A DNA stretch of 64,000 nucleotides from an uncultured Phycisphaerales bacterium. GTDB taxonomy: Bacteria; Planctomycetota; Phycisphaerae; Tepidisphaerales; Tepidisphaeraceae. Made by a program: the position numbers and the translations under genes. Position 1 is the stretch's first letter, and every line of letters begins with the position of its first letter. Where the stretch lies: the NCBI GenBank assembly GCA_963755915.1, contig CAVWLP010000003.1, positions 1-64,000 of the forward strand. Reading direction: 5' to 3'. The notes under the pieces are model-generated. The model worked only from the letters and a program-made list of their open reading frames with translations. It was not told the origin of the DNA and did not search any database. This document shows positions 9,184 to 20,726 of the stretch, piece by piece.

Positions 9184-10352
9184 GTTGGAGTCCCTCCTGT
9201 GTTGGTTGGACCGCTCGTTCCTTTTGGCGAGCTTGACCCTGGCACGCGGCTGGCGGTATTCGCGGCTGTCGTGCTGCCCGCTTGCGGGGCAGTTGAGCCA
9301 GACACGACCGATGCGGCGGTTGCTCCCGTCTTATTGCCCGCGCTGCCACTGTTGCCGGTGATCTTTCGGACAACCGCCGTTCCCGCCGACGCGACCAGCA
9401 TCGCGCCTTTCGTCGGCACCGCCGCCGCCATCTTCACGGCCATGACGGCGGCGCGGGACCGACCGGCGGCCGTGGTTGTGTTGATCGCCGCCGCGGTCGT
9501 ATTGATCGCCGTGCCGACGCCCAGGCTCGGGCCGCCGATAATCATGTCAGTGGCCAGTCGCGAAGCGACCAGCGAAAGTGCCATAAGAAGCAGCGCCGCC
9601 AGGGCGATGCAAAAAGCCTGATAGGTCGTCACGGTCTGGCCTGCCGGCACTTTGAGTGATTGGAAGATGTTGTTGCCGACGCCAAGTACGAGCGTCAGCA
9701 CCATCAGGCGCACCCCGGACCCGACCACCCAACCCAAAGGGCGCTCGGCAATGAACGCCGTTTTGGACAGGACCGCGAACGGCACCAGCACGAACGCGGC
9801 GAGGCTGCCGAACTTAAACGTCAGTACCGCGACGACGACCTGAATGGTGATGACACAGAACGCCGTGACGATCGCGGCGACGGCAAGGAAGAGGAATATG
9901 ATCTCGACAATGTTCTTGAAGAACGCCACCGGCCCGGTCAGCCGCGCGATCTGATCCATAAGCGGCTGCGCCGTCGTGTACCCGAGGTATGCGATGTTCC
10001 CAGGCTGCGACGTGTAGTAGCTCGCGCCGTCGAATCCACCGGCCTTGAGGCCGAGATTCATGAAGGACGACGCCAACGTATCCGTGAGCGACTGCCAGTT
10101 CTGGATGATCCAGGCAAAGAAGCCGATGTAGACGATTTTCCTCGCAAAATGGGCAATGACATGGTCATCGCTCAGCGCCCACAGCGCCGCCGACCACATG
10201 ATGCTCAGGATAATGAGGACGTTGAGAACCCAGGTGACATCGCCTTTGATGAGGCCAAAGCCGCTATTGATCGCGTTGATGTACTGGTTGGCCACATCGT
10301 TGATGAGATCGGGGCCACCGTTGCCAAAATCAACTGCCAGAATCGCCGTCAT
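9180..10352 (-). CDS. trbL: Conjugal transfer protein TrbL (VirB6)
   Basis: INSGFGLI, KIVYIGFFAWIIQNW, LAAFVLVPF..LSKTAFIAER; multiple TM segments. Confidence 0.93.
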   Translation of the reverse strand: MTAILAVDFGNGGPDLINDVANQYINAINSGFGLIKGDVTWVLNVLIILSIMWSAALWALSDDHVIAHFARKIVYIGFFAWIIQNWQSLTDTLASSFMNLGLKAGGFDGASYYTSQPGNIAYLGYTTAQPLMDQIARLTGPVAFFKNIVEIIFLFLAVAAIVTAFCVITIQVVVAVLTFKFGSLAAFVLVPFAVLSKTAFIAERPLGWVVGSGVRLMVLTLVLGVGNNIFQSLKVPAGQTVTTYQAFCIALAALLLMALSLVASRLATDMIIGGPSLGVGTAINTTAAAINTTTAAGRSRAAVMAVKMAAAVPTKGAMLVASAGTAVVRKITGNSGSAGNKTGATAASVVSGSTAPQAGSTTAANTASRVPGSSSPKGTSGPTNTGGTPT

Positions 10353-10388
10353 GGAATCACCTGACCTTTCTTCCTTGCCCATCCGTGG

Positions 10389-11123
10389 TTACTGACCAGC
10401 CAGGGGAAACGCATTCGCCATGGAGCTGGTTGGCTGCTGAGGATTCGCCCAATCGCCGCGGACTGCCTGTTGCTGCTGCAAGGCGTATGCTTGTTCGGCC
10501 TGATCCTGCGCATTGCGCTCCACTTCGGCGCGAGCATCGGTGATTTCCTGAGCCTGCAATGCTTGAAGCTGCGCCACCAGCGTCGCCACTTCTTCATTGC
10601 CGGCTTGCATGGCGGAGGTGGCGCCGGACGCCGAATTGGAATGTTCGACGTAGGATTGAATCCGGTCAGCGGTCGGTTGCATGTTCAAATACGTCTGGTT
10701 CTGGACGGTGCGATTTTCGACCAGAACGTTGCTCTCTTCCTGATCCCATCCGTTTTCCATCGACTGGTAGCTGGCATCCGTCATGTTTGCGTAATTGCTC
10801 GGATCGGATGGATATTGGCTGTTCAGCGCGCTGCCGGGATCGGTGGACGAGTAGGTTGTGCCGGCTTGGCCGAAGACCTGCTGCCAGATATTCATGCTTT
10901 GCAGAATTCCGGGTAGCTGGGTGAAGTTCCAGCTTTTCACCATGGCCACTCCGTTGGTGACCTCTTGGTAGAGCTGGTCAACCATTTGCACATCGTCCGC
11001 CACCTGGAGCACCGCTTCGGCAAAGTTCGTCGGATCGAAAACGATGTCCGCGAATGCCGCCGTGGGCACAAGCAGCGCCGCCGTTGCAGCGAAAATGAGA
11101 AACCGTTTCTTTGAGCGTGTCAT
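10389..11123 (-). CDS. trbJ: Conjugal transfer protein TrbJ (VirB5-like), copy 2
   Basis: Signal peptide followed by IVFDPTNFA; SASGATSAMQAGNE; Gln-rich. Confidence 0.85.
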   Translation of the reverse strand: MTRSKKRFLIFAATAALLVPTAAFADIVFDPTNFAEAVLQVADDVQMVDQLYQEVTNGVAMVKSWNFTQLPGILQSMNIWQQVFGQAGTTYSSTDPGSALNSQYPSDPSNYANMTDASYQSMENGWDQEESNVLVENRTVQNQTYLNMQPTADRIQSYVEHSNSASGATSAMQAGNEEVATLVAQLQALQAQEITDARAEVERNAQDQAEQAYALQQQQAVRGDWANPQQPTSSMANAFPLAGQ

Positions 11124-11171
11124 GGCAAACCTCCTATTTCGCAAAATTCCTTCGAGTGCTTTGTTCGCAAT

Positions 11172-11954
11172 TCAGTTCTGAAACGGATCAACAACCGTCT
11201 CTGTCGGCGGTGCCGGGTTATCCCAACCAGTGCGGACCCGCTGCCGTTCAGCTTCAGCGAACGAAGATTCCGATTGCTGTTGGGCCAACTGCTCGGTCTT
11301 GAGCCGCGAGCGCGCGACCCTCAGAGATTGCAGCTTGGCCAGTTCACCCGACGCCACCGCGAGCAGATCGTTGTGCGCCTGGACCGCCGACGTTTCACCG
11401 GATGCAGAGTTCGACGCATCGACGATGTCCTGTACCTGCTGGTTCGTCGTATCCATGTCCTGATAGACCTGATTCTCCAATTGCCGGTTCTCCACCAGCG
11501 ATTGGCGCTGGTTATCCGTCCACGTCGATTGATCCGACTGGTACTGCGCCCAGGTGGCGTTACTCATGTCCGCCGGATAGCGCGTGTCGAGTTGGCTGGC
11601 CGGGTTCGGCGTGCTGTAGAGGCTGGATTCCAGTTGCCCTTCCACGCCGGAGACGATTCCGGCAATGTTCGGCACGTCGCTCAGGTTGAGATGCTCCAGT
11701 TCCTTGACTTGGTTCTCCACCTGCTGGACCACCGCATCAATTTGCTCGCCAAGGTCCACCACTTGCAGGACATGCTCAACCAAATTGACCGGGTCCAAGA
11801 CAATGTCGAACAAGAAGGCATTGGCTCGCTGCGCCGGGAGCAACACCAGCGCCGCACCGGTGGCAAGGAAAACGGCCGCCAGAAGCCTAGCTCGCCGCGG
11901 CGGATGCCTCGGAACCAGCCGATTCGCCGTCGAATTTAAGGATGAGTTGGTCAT
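11172..11954 (-). CDS. trbJ: Conjugal transfer protein TrbJ (VirB5-like), copy 1
   Basis: Signal peptide followed by IVLDPVNL; SNSASGETSAVQAHNDLLA. Confidence 0.85.
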   Translation of the reverse strand: MTNSSLNSTANRLVPRHPPRRARLLAAVFLATGAALVLLPAQRANAFLFDIVLDPVNLVEHVLQVVDLGEQIDAVVQQVENQVKELEHLNLSDVPNIAGIVSGVEGQLESSLYSTPNPASQLDTRYPADMSNATWAQYQSDQSTWTDNQRQSLVENRQLENQVYQDMDTTNQQVQDIVDASNSASGETSAVQAHNDLLAVASGELAKLQSLRVARSRLKTEQLAQQQSESSFAEAERQRVRTGWDNPAPPTETVVDPFQN

Positions 11955-11965
11955 GATCTTTCCTT

Positions 11966-14402
11966 TCAGTGTTGAAGGTTTCCAGACGCTCGGCCCAATG
12001 TCCGAGGCCCCGTTCGTTCAGGTACGCACGCGGCGAATTGCTCGCGATCGTTCTCTTTCAGCACATGGGTGATCCGCGCTTGATCCTGCGGTGAACCGGC
12101 AGCGCAGAAGGCCAGCGCCAATTCGCCCAGGCCAAGTTCAAAGAGCCGGTTGCCTTCCCGACTCTGGTAGTAGTAATCGCGCTTCGGAATCGACTGCTGG
12201 AGGATTTGCAGTTGCCGCTCGTTCAGCCCAAACGATTCATAGACTTTGCGGGTCCGCTCCTCCAGCGCGTTGCCGTTGGGCAGGAAGATGCGCGTCGGGC
12301 AGTTTTCGATGATTGCCGGCGCAATGGCGCTGTCCGCAATATCCGATAGACTCTGAGTGGCGAAGATGACCGCCACATTCTTCTTGCGAAGAACCTTGAG
12401 CCATTCACGGATCTTGGCGGCAAAAAGCGATTCGGTCAGGTACAGCCACGCTTCATCGAGAATCATCAGCGTCGGCGACCCGTCGAATCGCTTCTCCAAT
12501 CGGCGGAACAGATAGGTCAGCACCGGCAGCAGCGCTGCGCGAGTGCATCAGGTGTTCCATCTCGAATGCCTGCCAGCGGGCACCGCGTTCCACGTCGCCG
12601 TCGCCCAGGGTGTCCTGATTCGCATCCAGCAGCCGCCCATGCGGACCATCGAGCGTGTAGCTCCGCATCGCCTGTCGAACATGGGCATCTTGAACCAGAC
12701 CGAGGAGCGTGCTGAGCGTGCGCTGCACGCGCGGCATCGAAGCCAGGTTGGACAGCGCGGCCCAAAGCTCCTGTTTGGTCGCCGGCGTGATTTCCGCTTT
12801 TTCGCGATGCAGCAGGTCCGCGATCCAATCCTGCGCCCAGGCCAATTCCGATTCGTCGTCGATGCCGGCGAGCGGCTGGAAGCAAATTTCTTCACCTTCG
12901 CCGCCCAGGTCGTAGAAGTCGCCGCCCATCGCCAGCGTCATTGCCCGGCAGCTTGCGCCTTTGTCGAAGATGTAAACGCGGGCATTGGGATAGCGCAGCC
13001 ATTGGCAGGCCAGGAGATTCAGAAGCGTTGATTTGCCGGCGCCGGTGGGACCGGCAATGATCGTGTGGCCGACATCGCCTTGATGCAGAGACAATCGGAA
13101 TGGCGTCGATCCCTTTGTGCGGGTTACAAGCAGTGGCGGTCCGTTCAGGTGTGAACACCGTGCCGGTCCGGACCAAACGGCGCTGAGCGGGACCAGATCG
13201 CAGACATTCAGGGACGACACGAGTGGCCGGCGCACATCGGCGTAGGCATGACCCGGCAGACTTCCCATCCAGGCTTGAACAGCGTTGAAATCCTCGATTT
13301 CAGTGACGAGGCCCACACCGTCCACGACTTGTTGAACGGCCCGCGCTTTTTCCGTCGCGGTTTGCTCATCCTCATCCCAAACCGTGATCGTCAGCGTGAA
13401 GTCCCCGAACGAGCAGTGATCGCCGCCAAGCTCCTGCAAGGCATCGTCCACATCTTCGGACTTGTTCAAGCTGTCGGAATCCTCCAGCTTGGATTCCTGT
13501 TTGGTGATGGCTTCTTTGAGCAGGGTCACCATCCCCTTGCGCTTGGCGAACCACTGGCGGCGCAGCTTGTTCAGTTGCCGCGTGGCGTCGGTCTTATCCA
13601 TCGGGAGGTAACGCCCGATCCAGCGGTACTCGATCGGCAATTCGTTCAGACGGTCCAGCAGGCAGGGAAGCGTGCGATTGACGTAGGCGCGGACCGAAAC
13701 CGTTTTGAGAAAAAGGCGACCGAGCCGGGGCGACAATCCGCCGGCCAGGGGCCGGTCGGTAATCATTTCGTCGAGATAGAACGGAACGTCCGGCACGGCG
13801 ACGTTCAGCCGCCGATCCGAGATGCACGAATGCAGGTAGGTCAGCGTTTCGCCATCGTCCAATGGATGGACTTCGGGCATGAACGACGCCATCAGATTCA
13901 CGATCTGATCCACTTGGCCCAGGAAATGATCGAAGTGGGCGCGGTAAGAAACCCGCCCATCCACTTTGTTGTTGGGCCGGTCGATAAAGAAGTCGCCCAG
14001 CCGCGTCATACCTTCGGCTGGCGGCAGATACGTGAAGGTGATGAAGCACTGGCTTTCAAAATGGATCGCATCGGCCGTGAATGAATCCCGGCGCTCCTGA
14101 TCGATCATCGCGGCAACTGGATTTGGAAAGTCGCTAGCCGGATAGACGTGCGCCAAGCGTCTTGACGCCTCGACATGCACGCACCAATGAGAACCGAGGC
14201 GACGGAGCACATTGTTCATCCGGGCGCGTGCGGCGACCAGTTCGTAAGGGGTCGAGCTATCCAGATCGGGGCCACGAAACGCGATGGTTTTCTGCAAGCT
14301 GCCATCTTTGTTGAGCATCACGCCGGGCGCGATGAGGGTCGCCCAGGGCAGATGGTCAGCAAGACGCTGCGGATGTTTGCGATATTCGCCAAGGTTCCAC
14401 AT
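11966..14402 (-). CDS. trbE: Conjugal transfer ATPase TrbE (VirB4), frameshifted near 12525 and near the 3' end
   Basis: LADHLPWA, FRGPDLDS, Walker A GPTGAGKS, FDKG, Walker B ILDEAW, ATQSLSD. Confidence 0.96.
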
Positions 14403-14417
14403 GAATGTCTCTCCGAT

Positions 14418-14688
14418 TCAGGAATCCAAATGCGTCGGCTGGCGGACATGACGCCGGAAGATGTCAAACCAGTGCGGGTCGCGCTTGCTCATCAACACCG
14501 CCGTCATGTGCAGAGCCGCACCCGCCGGGAATCCAAGCCACCACAGGTGCAAACCCATTCCGATGACCAGGGCGACGCGTGCCGTTGAGAATCGCGAACG
14601 TCCGCGGCGCGCCGCCCATGAGGATCGGTTGGGTCAGAGCCACATGGAGCGGGACTTCGTAGCCTTCGATTTCTTCCGGGCGCGTCAT
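14418..14688 (-). CDS. trbD: Conjugal transfer protein TrbD (VirB3), frameshifted
   Basis: GYEVPLHVALTQPILMGGAPRTFAILNGT ... RDPHWFDIFRRHVRQPTHLDS*. Confidence 0.9.
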
Positions 14689-14726
14689 GGTTGCACCAAC
14701 TTTCCGCAGAGCGGGCATGCCGTTGC

Positions 14727-15074
14727 CTACCAGCCGGCGCCGCCGTCGAAGCCGAAGAACGTCACGCCGAAGCTGGTGGCCGTGACCGCGATGGACACGC
14801 CCAGCAGCAGGCCGAGGATGCGCCGCAGCCCACCGCCTTCGCTGAACGCGAAACCAAATCCGATGACCACGATGGCCAGGATGCACAGCGCCTTCGCCAC
14901 CGGGCCGGTGAAGCTGGCCAGCACTTGGTTCAATGGACCTTCCCACGGAAGCGGCTGGCCGCCATTGGCTGCCGCAGCTAAACTGGCACGAGGAATGCTC
15001 AGAAGTGTCAGCACACCCGCGATAGCAGGCGCGACAATCGAGCGTCGATAACGAACGAAGGATCGACTGTTCAT
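14727..15074 (-). CDS. trbC: Pilin TrbC (VirB2)
   Basis: LPWEGPLNQVLASFTGPVAK, FAFSEGGG, FFGFDGGA; AAGGAG Shine-Dalgarno. Confidence 0.93.
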   Translation of the reverse strand: MNSRSFVRYRRSIVAPAIAGVLTLLSIPRASLAAAANGGQPLPWEGPLNQVLASFTGPVAKALCILAIVVIGFGFAFSEGGGLRRILGLLLGVSIAVTATSFGVTFFGFDGGAGW

Positions 15075-15412
15075 GATTTGACTCCTTGTTGGCCCATAAC
15101 TCATCGGATCACTTGATCCATAACGATGTCATGGTTGGTATGGTCAATACCGTACACTTGCCTAACGAGGAAGTCAAGAAAAAAAGTTCGCAGTTTGTTT
15201 GGGTTGGCCTGGATGGTGCGGACTACGTTCGGGCGGGAGAGGCGTTTGACAGCGGAATCAAAATGGGATTGGCCGGAGCGTAGCCGCACCTAAGTGCGTT
15301 CCAATGCTCGCAATTTCGGCATGAAATCTAGTCGCACATCTTTGATTCGTTGGGGGAGGTGGTGGGAGTCAATCTTGCAAATGCCTCACTGCGATTTGCG
15401 GGGCGAGAGTGC

Positions 15413-15664
15413 CTATTCTTCGTCCCGCGCTCCGGAACCGATGCGCTCGCGATGCTTGTGCGCCATTGCCGCGCGTTCGTCTCGGCTCGCATCCAGCCAA
15501 TGCAGGATCAATGCCTCAATCACTCGCTTTGGGTTCGCCAGGTGCGTTGCACAGTCGTCCTCAAATGCCTCAAATAGCTTGGTGTCGAAGCGGTAGGTCC
15601 GCTGGACCGTCTTAGGCTTGGGCTCCTGCTTCAACGCACTGCGGTTTGATCGGGGGTTGGCCAT
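15413..15664 (-). CDS. Small ribbon-helix-helix-like regulator; paralog of 33847-34098
   Basis: Beta-strand VQRTYRFD followed by two helices (FEAFEDDC; NPKRVIEALILHWL); conserved in the second copy. Confidence 0.7.
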   Translation of the reverse strand: MANPRSNRSALKQEPKPKTVQRTYRFDTKLFEAFEDDCATHLANPKRVIEALILHWLDASRDERAAMAHKHRERIGSGARDEE

Positions 15665-15858
15665 AACGAGGTATTTTAGGTAAAATGCGATGGTATGCAA
15701 GATACCAAATGGTAAATTTGAAGTTATTTGGTAAACATGGTCCCTTCGGGGGGTAGAGTTGAAAAGTACCGGACTGGGTTCGCGAGTAGTGGCATGGAGC
15801 ATAATTCGCTGTACAATGTGCATGTAAATGCCGATAACTACAGACGGATGGTACAACC

Positions 15859-16497
15859 ATGCGAACGCCCACGCTTACTAAAACCCATAACGGCAGCACC
15901 GCAGAGCGGCAGATTGTGAAGCTGGTCCGACGCAAGGGCCTGCTCCGCGCCCGCGACCTGCGGCCACTTGCCATTCCCCGACGGCACCTGACCCGTCTAG
16001 TCGCGGAGGGCGTGCTGCTCCGGTCCGGTCGTGGAATCTATGCGCTCGCGAATGCCGCCGCCAGCGAGCATCGGTCACTGGCCGAAGTCTGTGCGCGGGT
16101 TCCGGCCGGAGTCGTCTGTCTCCTTTCGGCGCTTCGCTTTCATAGCCTAACGACACAAAACCCGTGGGAGGTCTGGCTGGCGATCACTCCGGCAAGTCGG
16201 AAGCCGCGTATCGACCATCCGCCGGTTCGCATCGCTCGATTCTCCGGATCGGCGTTTCGCGAAGGCGTGGACCACCATCGCATCGAGGGGGTGGAGGTCA
16301 AAGTTTATTCGCCTGCCAAGACCGTCGCTGACTGCTTCAAGTATCGCAACAAGATCGGCATCGACATCGCCATTGAAGCGCTCCGCGATGCCTGGGGCAA
16401 ACGCGCAGTGACCGCCGATCAGCTTTGGCAGTATGCCAAAGTCTGTCGAGTCACCAACGTCATGCGGCCCTACCTCGAAACTATTGCCCACAATTGA
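15859..16497 (+). CDS. abiEi: Type IV TA antitoxin AbiEi
   Basis: wHTH N-terminus (RSGRGIY), GVVCLLSALRFHSLTTQ.P, YSPAKTVADCFKYRNKIG, MRPYLE. Confidence 0.9.
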   Translation: MRTPTLTKTHNGSTAERQIVKLVRRKGLLRARDLRPLAIPRRHLTRLVAEGVLLRSGRGIYALANAAASEHRSLAEVCARVPAGVVCLLSALRFHSLTTQNPWEVWLAITPASRKPRIDHPPVRIARFSGSAFREGVDHHRIEGVEVKVYSPAKTVADCFKYRNKIGIDIAIEALRDAWGKRAVTADQLWQYAKVCRVTNVMRPYLETIAHN

Positions 16498-16519
16498 ACG
16501 CGCGAGATTAACGTCTGGC

Positions 16520-17458
16520 ATGAAGAATCCACCACATAAAATCGCCGCTTCCGTTCGCCAACGTCTTTTGAACCTCTCGAAAGCGTCGGGCGTGGATTAC
16601 AACCAATTGCTAATCCGTTACGCCATCGAACGGCTCCTGTACCGCTTGAGTCGTTCCCATCATCGCGAGAACTTTGTGCTCAAGGGGGCGATGCTCTTCG
16701 TGATTTGGGAGGGATCGCCGCATCGGCCGACTCAGGACGTGGACCTGTTGGGATTTGGCGACCGTTCGCCCGATCACATCGCTAGCGTGTTTCGGGAACT
16801 CTGCGAAACAGCCGTCGAAGACGATGGGATCATCTTTGCCGCAAAGACCGTGAAAGCCGAGGAAATCCGCACGACCGACGAGTACGGAGGTGTCCGAGTG
16901 AGCTTCGCCTCATCGCTTGGCGGCGCGATCATCCGTGTCCAGGCGGATGTGGGATTTGGCGACGCCATTACACCTGCATCGCCGGAATCGAACTATCCGA
17001 CGTTGTTGCCAAACCAACCGGGGCCGCACTTACGCGTCTATCCGCGCGAAACTGTCGTTGCCGAAAAGTTGGAAGCCATCGCCAAACTCGGGATGCTCAA
17101 CACACGGTTCAAGGATTATTACGACTTGTGGTATTTGGCGGAGCGTTTCGAGTTTGATGGTGCGATGCTGATCGCAGCAATCACGGCAACGTTCGAGCGC
17201 CGCGGCACGCCGCTGCCGTCCGCGCTTCCAGTCGGCTTGAGCGCGGCTTTCGTAACTGACGCAGTGAAGCAGACGCAATGGGCTGCTTTTCGTCGACGCC
17301 AGCCGGAACAGAAGCTACCGGACCTGCCCGATGTGGTTGCGGCAATCAACCGCTTCGTTGAGCCTGCGTTGCTGGCCGCCGGCGAACGATCCTCGTTCGC
17401 GCGCGAATGGAATGTCGTGCGCGGATGGTCGGTGAGCGGTGCGTCAACCGCGTCGTAA
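16520..17458 (+). CDS. abiEii: Type IV TA toxin AbiEii (nucleotidyltransferase)
   Basis: ERLLYRLS, FVLKGA, RPTQDVD, DVGFGD, AEKLEA, KDYYD. Confidence 0.93.
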   Translation: MKNPPHKIAASVRQRLLNLSKASGVDYNQLLIRYAIERLLYRLSRSHHRENFVLKGAMLFVIWEGSPHRPTQDVDLLGFGDRSPDHIASVFRELCETAVEDDGIIFAAKTVKAEEIRTTDEYGGVRVSFASSLGGAIIRVQADVGFGDAITPASPESNYPTLLPNQPGPHLRVYPRETVVAEKLEAIAKLGMLNTRFKDYYDLWYLAERFEFDGAMLIAAITATFERRGTPLPSALPVGLSAAFVTDAVKQTQWAAFRRRQPEQKLPDLPDVVAAINRFVEPALLAAGERSSFAREWNVVRGWSVSGASTAS

Positions 17459-17660
17459 AATAAAGCATTACGCTAGCGTGCCGTTCCGACAGACGATGGG
17501 AACGCCACCCCCGTCCCGGAGCGGAATCGTCATGCGGACAAAGGCCAATTGGTATGGAGAGGGGATCCCGATGCGCCGGGATCGCCGCGCCGAAAAAATA
17601 GATTGACAATGTCTCTAAATTGGCCAAATTGACTCGCAAAACACTTAAGCTAGGTGCCAG

Positions 17661-18702
17661 ATGAAAGCGCAAAGGAAACTCGCAGATGGAATAGCGCAGT
17701 TAAGGCTCGCTGCTCGATGCTTACATGCTGGCGATGAAAGTGGTGGAAACATCGCCAAAAAGTTTCAGCAATTGGGGGTCAAAGACACGCCCGAAAATCG
17801 CATCGCTTATCGGGGCGCGATGTTTACCACCCCCGGTTACGGTAAGGTGATCGGCGGCACAATCCTCTTCGACGAGACTTTTCGACAAACCTATGAGGGC
17901 CGCTCCGTTACTGATATCTTAAAACGCCAGGACGTCGTCATCGGCGTCAAAGTGGACTCTGGTTTGCAGTCCTTTGGTGGTTCAAAGATCGAACAGGTCG
18001 GAAAGAATGAGTTGAGTGCGCTCCCAAAGCGTATGGAAGAGTACGCCACGAAGGAAGTTCAATTCACCAAATTTAGGGTGGTCGCGAATATCGGGCGAGA
18101 ATGGGAAAACTCTTCCCAGTGATGAATGTCTGACAGCTAACGCCGCATTGTTAGCAGAGTACGCTGAAATCTGCCACCGCTTCGACATCGTGCCAATTGT
18201 CGAGCCTGAAGTACCGATGGAGGGTTCGCATTCTTTGGAGGACTGCCGTCAAGCGACTGTGCGTTTTCTGAAGGCGACTTTCGCCGCTTTGAGGAAAAGG
18301 CAGATTGTTCTACCGGGAGTTATTCTAAAGACCAGTATGGTCCTTCCTGGCACCGAAGGACCGAAGGCCAACGAGGCTGACTGCATTAGAGAAACGATGT
18401 CGACTCTGGCAACGACCGTGCCGCCGGATATCGGCGCAGTGGTATTTCTGTCAGGTGGCCAAGCAACTGATGATGCGATGAGACGATTGGAAGGGATGCG
18501 CAACGCCGCCGCACAGACCGGTTTAGCCTTCACCGTGAGTTCGTCCTTCAGCCGCGCCCTGCAGGGCCCCGCCTTAGAAGAATTCGGCGCTGCGGTCCGA
18601 GACCATGGGAACGCCGCCGAAATCAAGAGGCGGACGCAATCAAAATTCGCAGAAACTCTGAAACTTAATGGAATGGCACTAAATAATTCAGTTAGGCATT
18701 GA
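17661..18702 (+). CDS. Class I fructose-bisphosphate aldolase (frameshift near 18100)
   Basis: AGDES, ILFDETFRQ, GVKVDSG, VPIVEPEV, ILKTSMV, VVFLSGGQ, SFSRALQ. Confidence 0.9.
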
Positions 18703-19281
18703 GGGAATTCGAATTCAAAGGGCTCAATCCCGTGGTCCAAGACCACCGAAGCCAACAAAAGCTAGACAGAATCGTATGCCGCCGACTTGATGACGAAGTT
18801 CGTCGCTTCTCGAATCGTCCTCAGGATTCGATGGTGTGTGACCGGTGCGTCAATCGCGTCCCACCCCAAGTAAGGCCGTTAGCGCAATGAATCCGTCGCA
18901 GATTATGGATTTCAATAGGGATCGTCGGATCCGTCTGAATTGCTTAGTGTTGGGAATAGACATCCCGCCAGCCAGGATCAAAGGCGCCGTCGAGGCCGTT
19001 TGAGCGTGCGCAATGTCGCTAGACTCCGCGGCCGCAAAAAACTCTTGTTGTATGGTCAGGTTATCCACCAAATTGTGCACCACGATCGACCTTTTTCTGT
19101 AAGCACTTGCGCCAATCGGAGAAAAAGCAGGCCAAAATCTTTCGAAAATATGGGGGTTTGGCTTGATTCGGGGTATCGTAGCGCCTCACGGAACCATCGC
19201 GCTCCTTCGAGATCGGGCGTTTCGGCCTCCGATTGAATCGGATTGCCGCAACAAATGGCCCCTTTTAGACAGGAGTTTGCC

Positions 19282-20576
19282 ATGAGCGAGATTAATACAA
19301 TGCAACCAGCCGCCGAGCAGGCGGCTCACAAGAATACGCTTCGCCCAATCCATCTGAGTGTTCCGGAACAGCCGGCTGACAAGACCGCCATCCGTCCGTT
19401 TCGCGTGACTTTTCCAGAAGCGGAACTCACCGAATTGCGCAAGTGCATCAACGCGACAAGGTGGCCCGACCGTGAAACGGTCACGGATCAATCGGAAGGC
19501 CCCCAACTCGCGACCCTGCAGAAACTCGCGCGCTATTGGGAGAAAGAGTACGACTGGCGCAAGGTCGAGGCCAGACTGAACGCCCTGCCGAATTTCATTA
19601 CCGAGATCGACGGTCTCGACATTCACTTCATTCACGTTCGTTCGAAACATAAGAACGCGTTGCCCCTCATCGTCACGCACGGATGGCCCGGCTCGATCAT
19701 CGAGCAGATGAAGATCATCGATCCACTGACCAATCCCACGGCTCACGGCGCAAGCGCATCGGACGCTTTCGATTTGGTCATTCCGTCGCTCCCGGGCTAC
19801 GGGTTTTCAGGCAAACCGACCACGACCGGCTGGGATCCCGTCCACATTGCTCGTGCCTGGGTGGAGCTGATGAAGCGCCTCGGGTACACGAAATTCGTGG
19901 CGCAAGGCGGCGATTGGGGCGCGATTATCACGGACGTGATGGGCACACAGGGGCATCCGGAACTGCTTGGCATTCACTCCAATATGCCAGGCATCTTTTC
20001 ACCCGAAATTGACAAGGCTGCCCGCGAGGGCGCTCCGGCGCCGGCGGATCTCTCCGCTGACGAGAGACTCGCGTACGAGCGGGTGGCTTCGGTATATGCG
20101 AAGGGCATCGGTTACGGATATCAGATGGGGTTGCGCCCGACAGGCGCTGTACGGGATCGCAGATTCTCCCGTCGGCATAGCCGGTTATTTTCTTGATCAC
20201 GACGCGCGTAGCTTGGCAATGATCTCTCGTGTGTTTGACGGGCAGCCCGAAGGCCTTACACGAGATGATGTCCTGGACAACGTCACGCTTACCTGGTTGA
20301 CGAACAGCTTCGTTTCCGGCGCGTCTCTATTGGGAAGACTTCGCTTCACAAGTTTCGTTCTTCGGTGTCAAAGGCGTCTCCATCCCGGTTGCCGTGAGCG
20401 TCTTTCCCGACGAACTCTATCCAGCTCCACGGAGTTGGACCGAGAAGGCGTATCCCAAACTGATCCATTACAACCGGTTACCAAAGGGCGGACACTTCGC
20501 CGCTTGGGAGCAACCGCAACTTTTTTCAGAGGAAGTTCGCGCGGGCTTCAGATCGCTGCGGGAGGGTTCCTCATAG
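19282..20576 (+). CDS. Epoxide hydrolase (EHN plus alpha/beta hydrolase), frameshifted
   Basis: IRPFRV, THGWPGS, PSLPGYGFS, AQGGDWG, GGHFAAWEQP. Confidence 0.93.
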
Positions 20577-20726
20577 GAGCGACTTGGAATTGAACTTCGG
20601 CCGGTACCTCCCTGCGCTCGGCGCGCGGACGACCATGACACGGGTACGCAGCCCGGCTGATTCTCGCCCTCGGCGTTGCCTTTTGGCGCAACGTGGAATC
20701 ACTGTCCAGGGATTTTGAAGGTCAAC

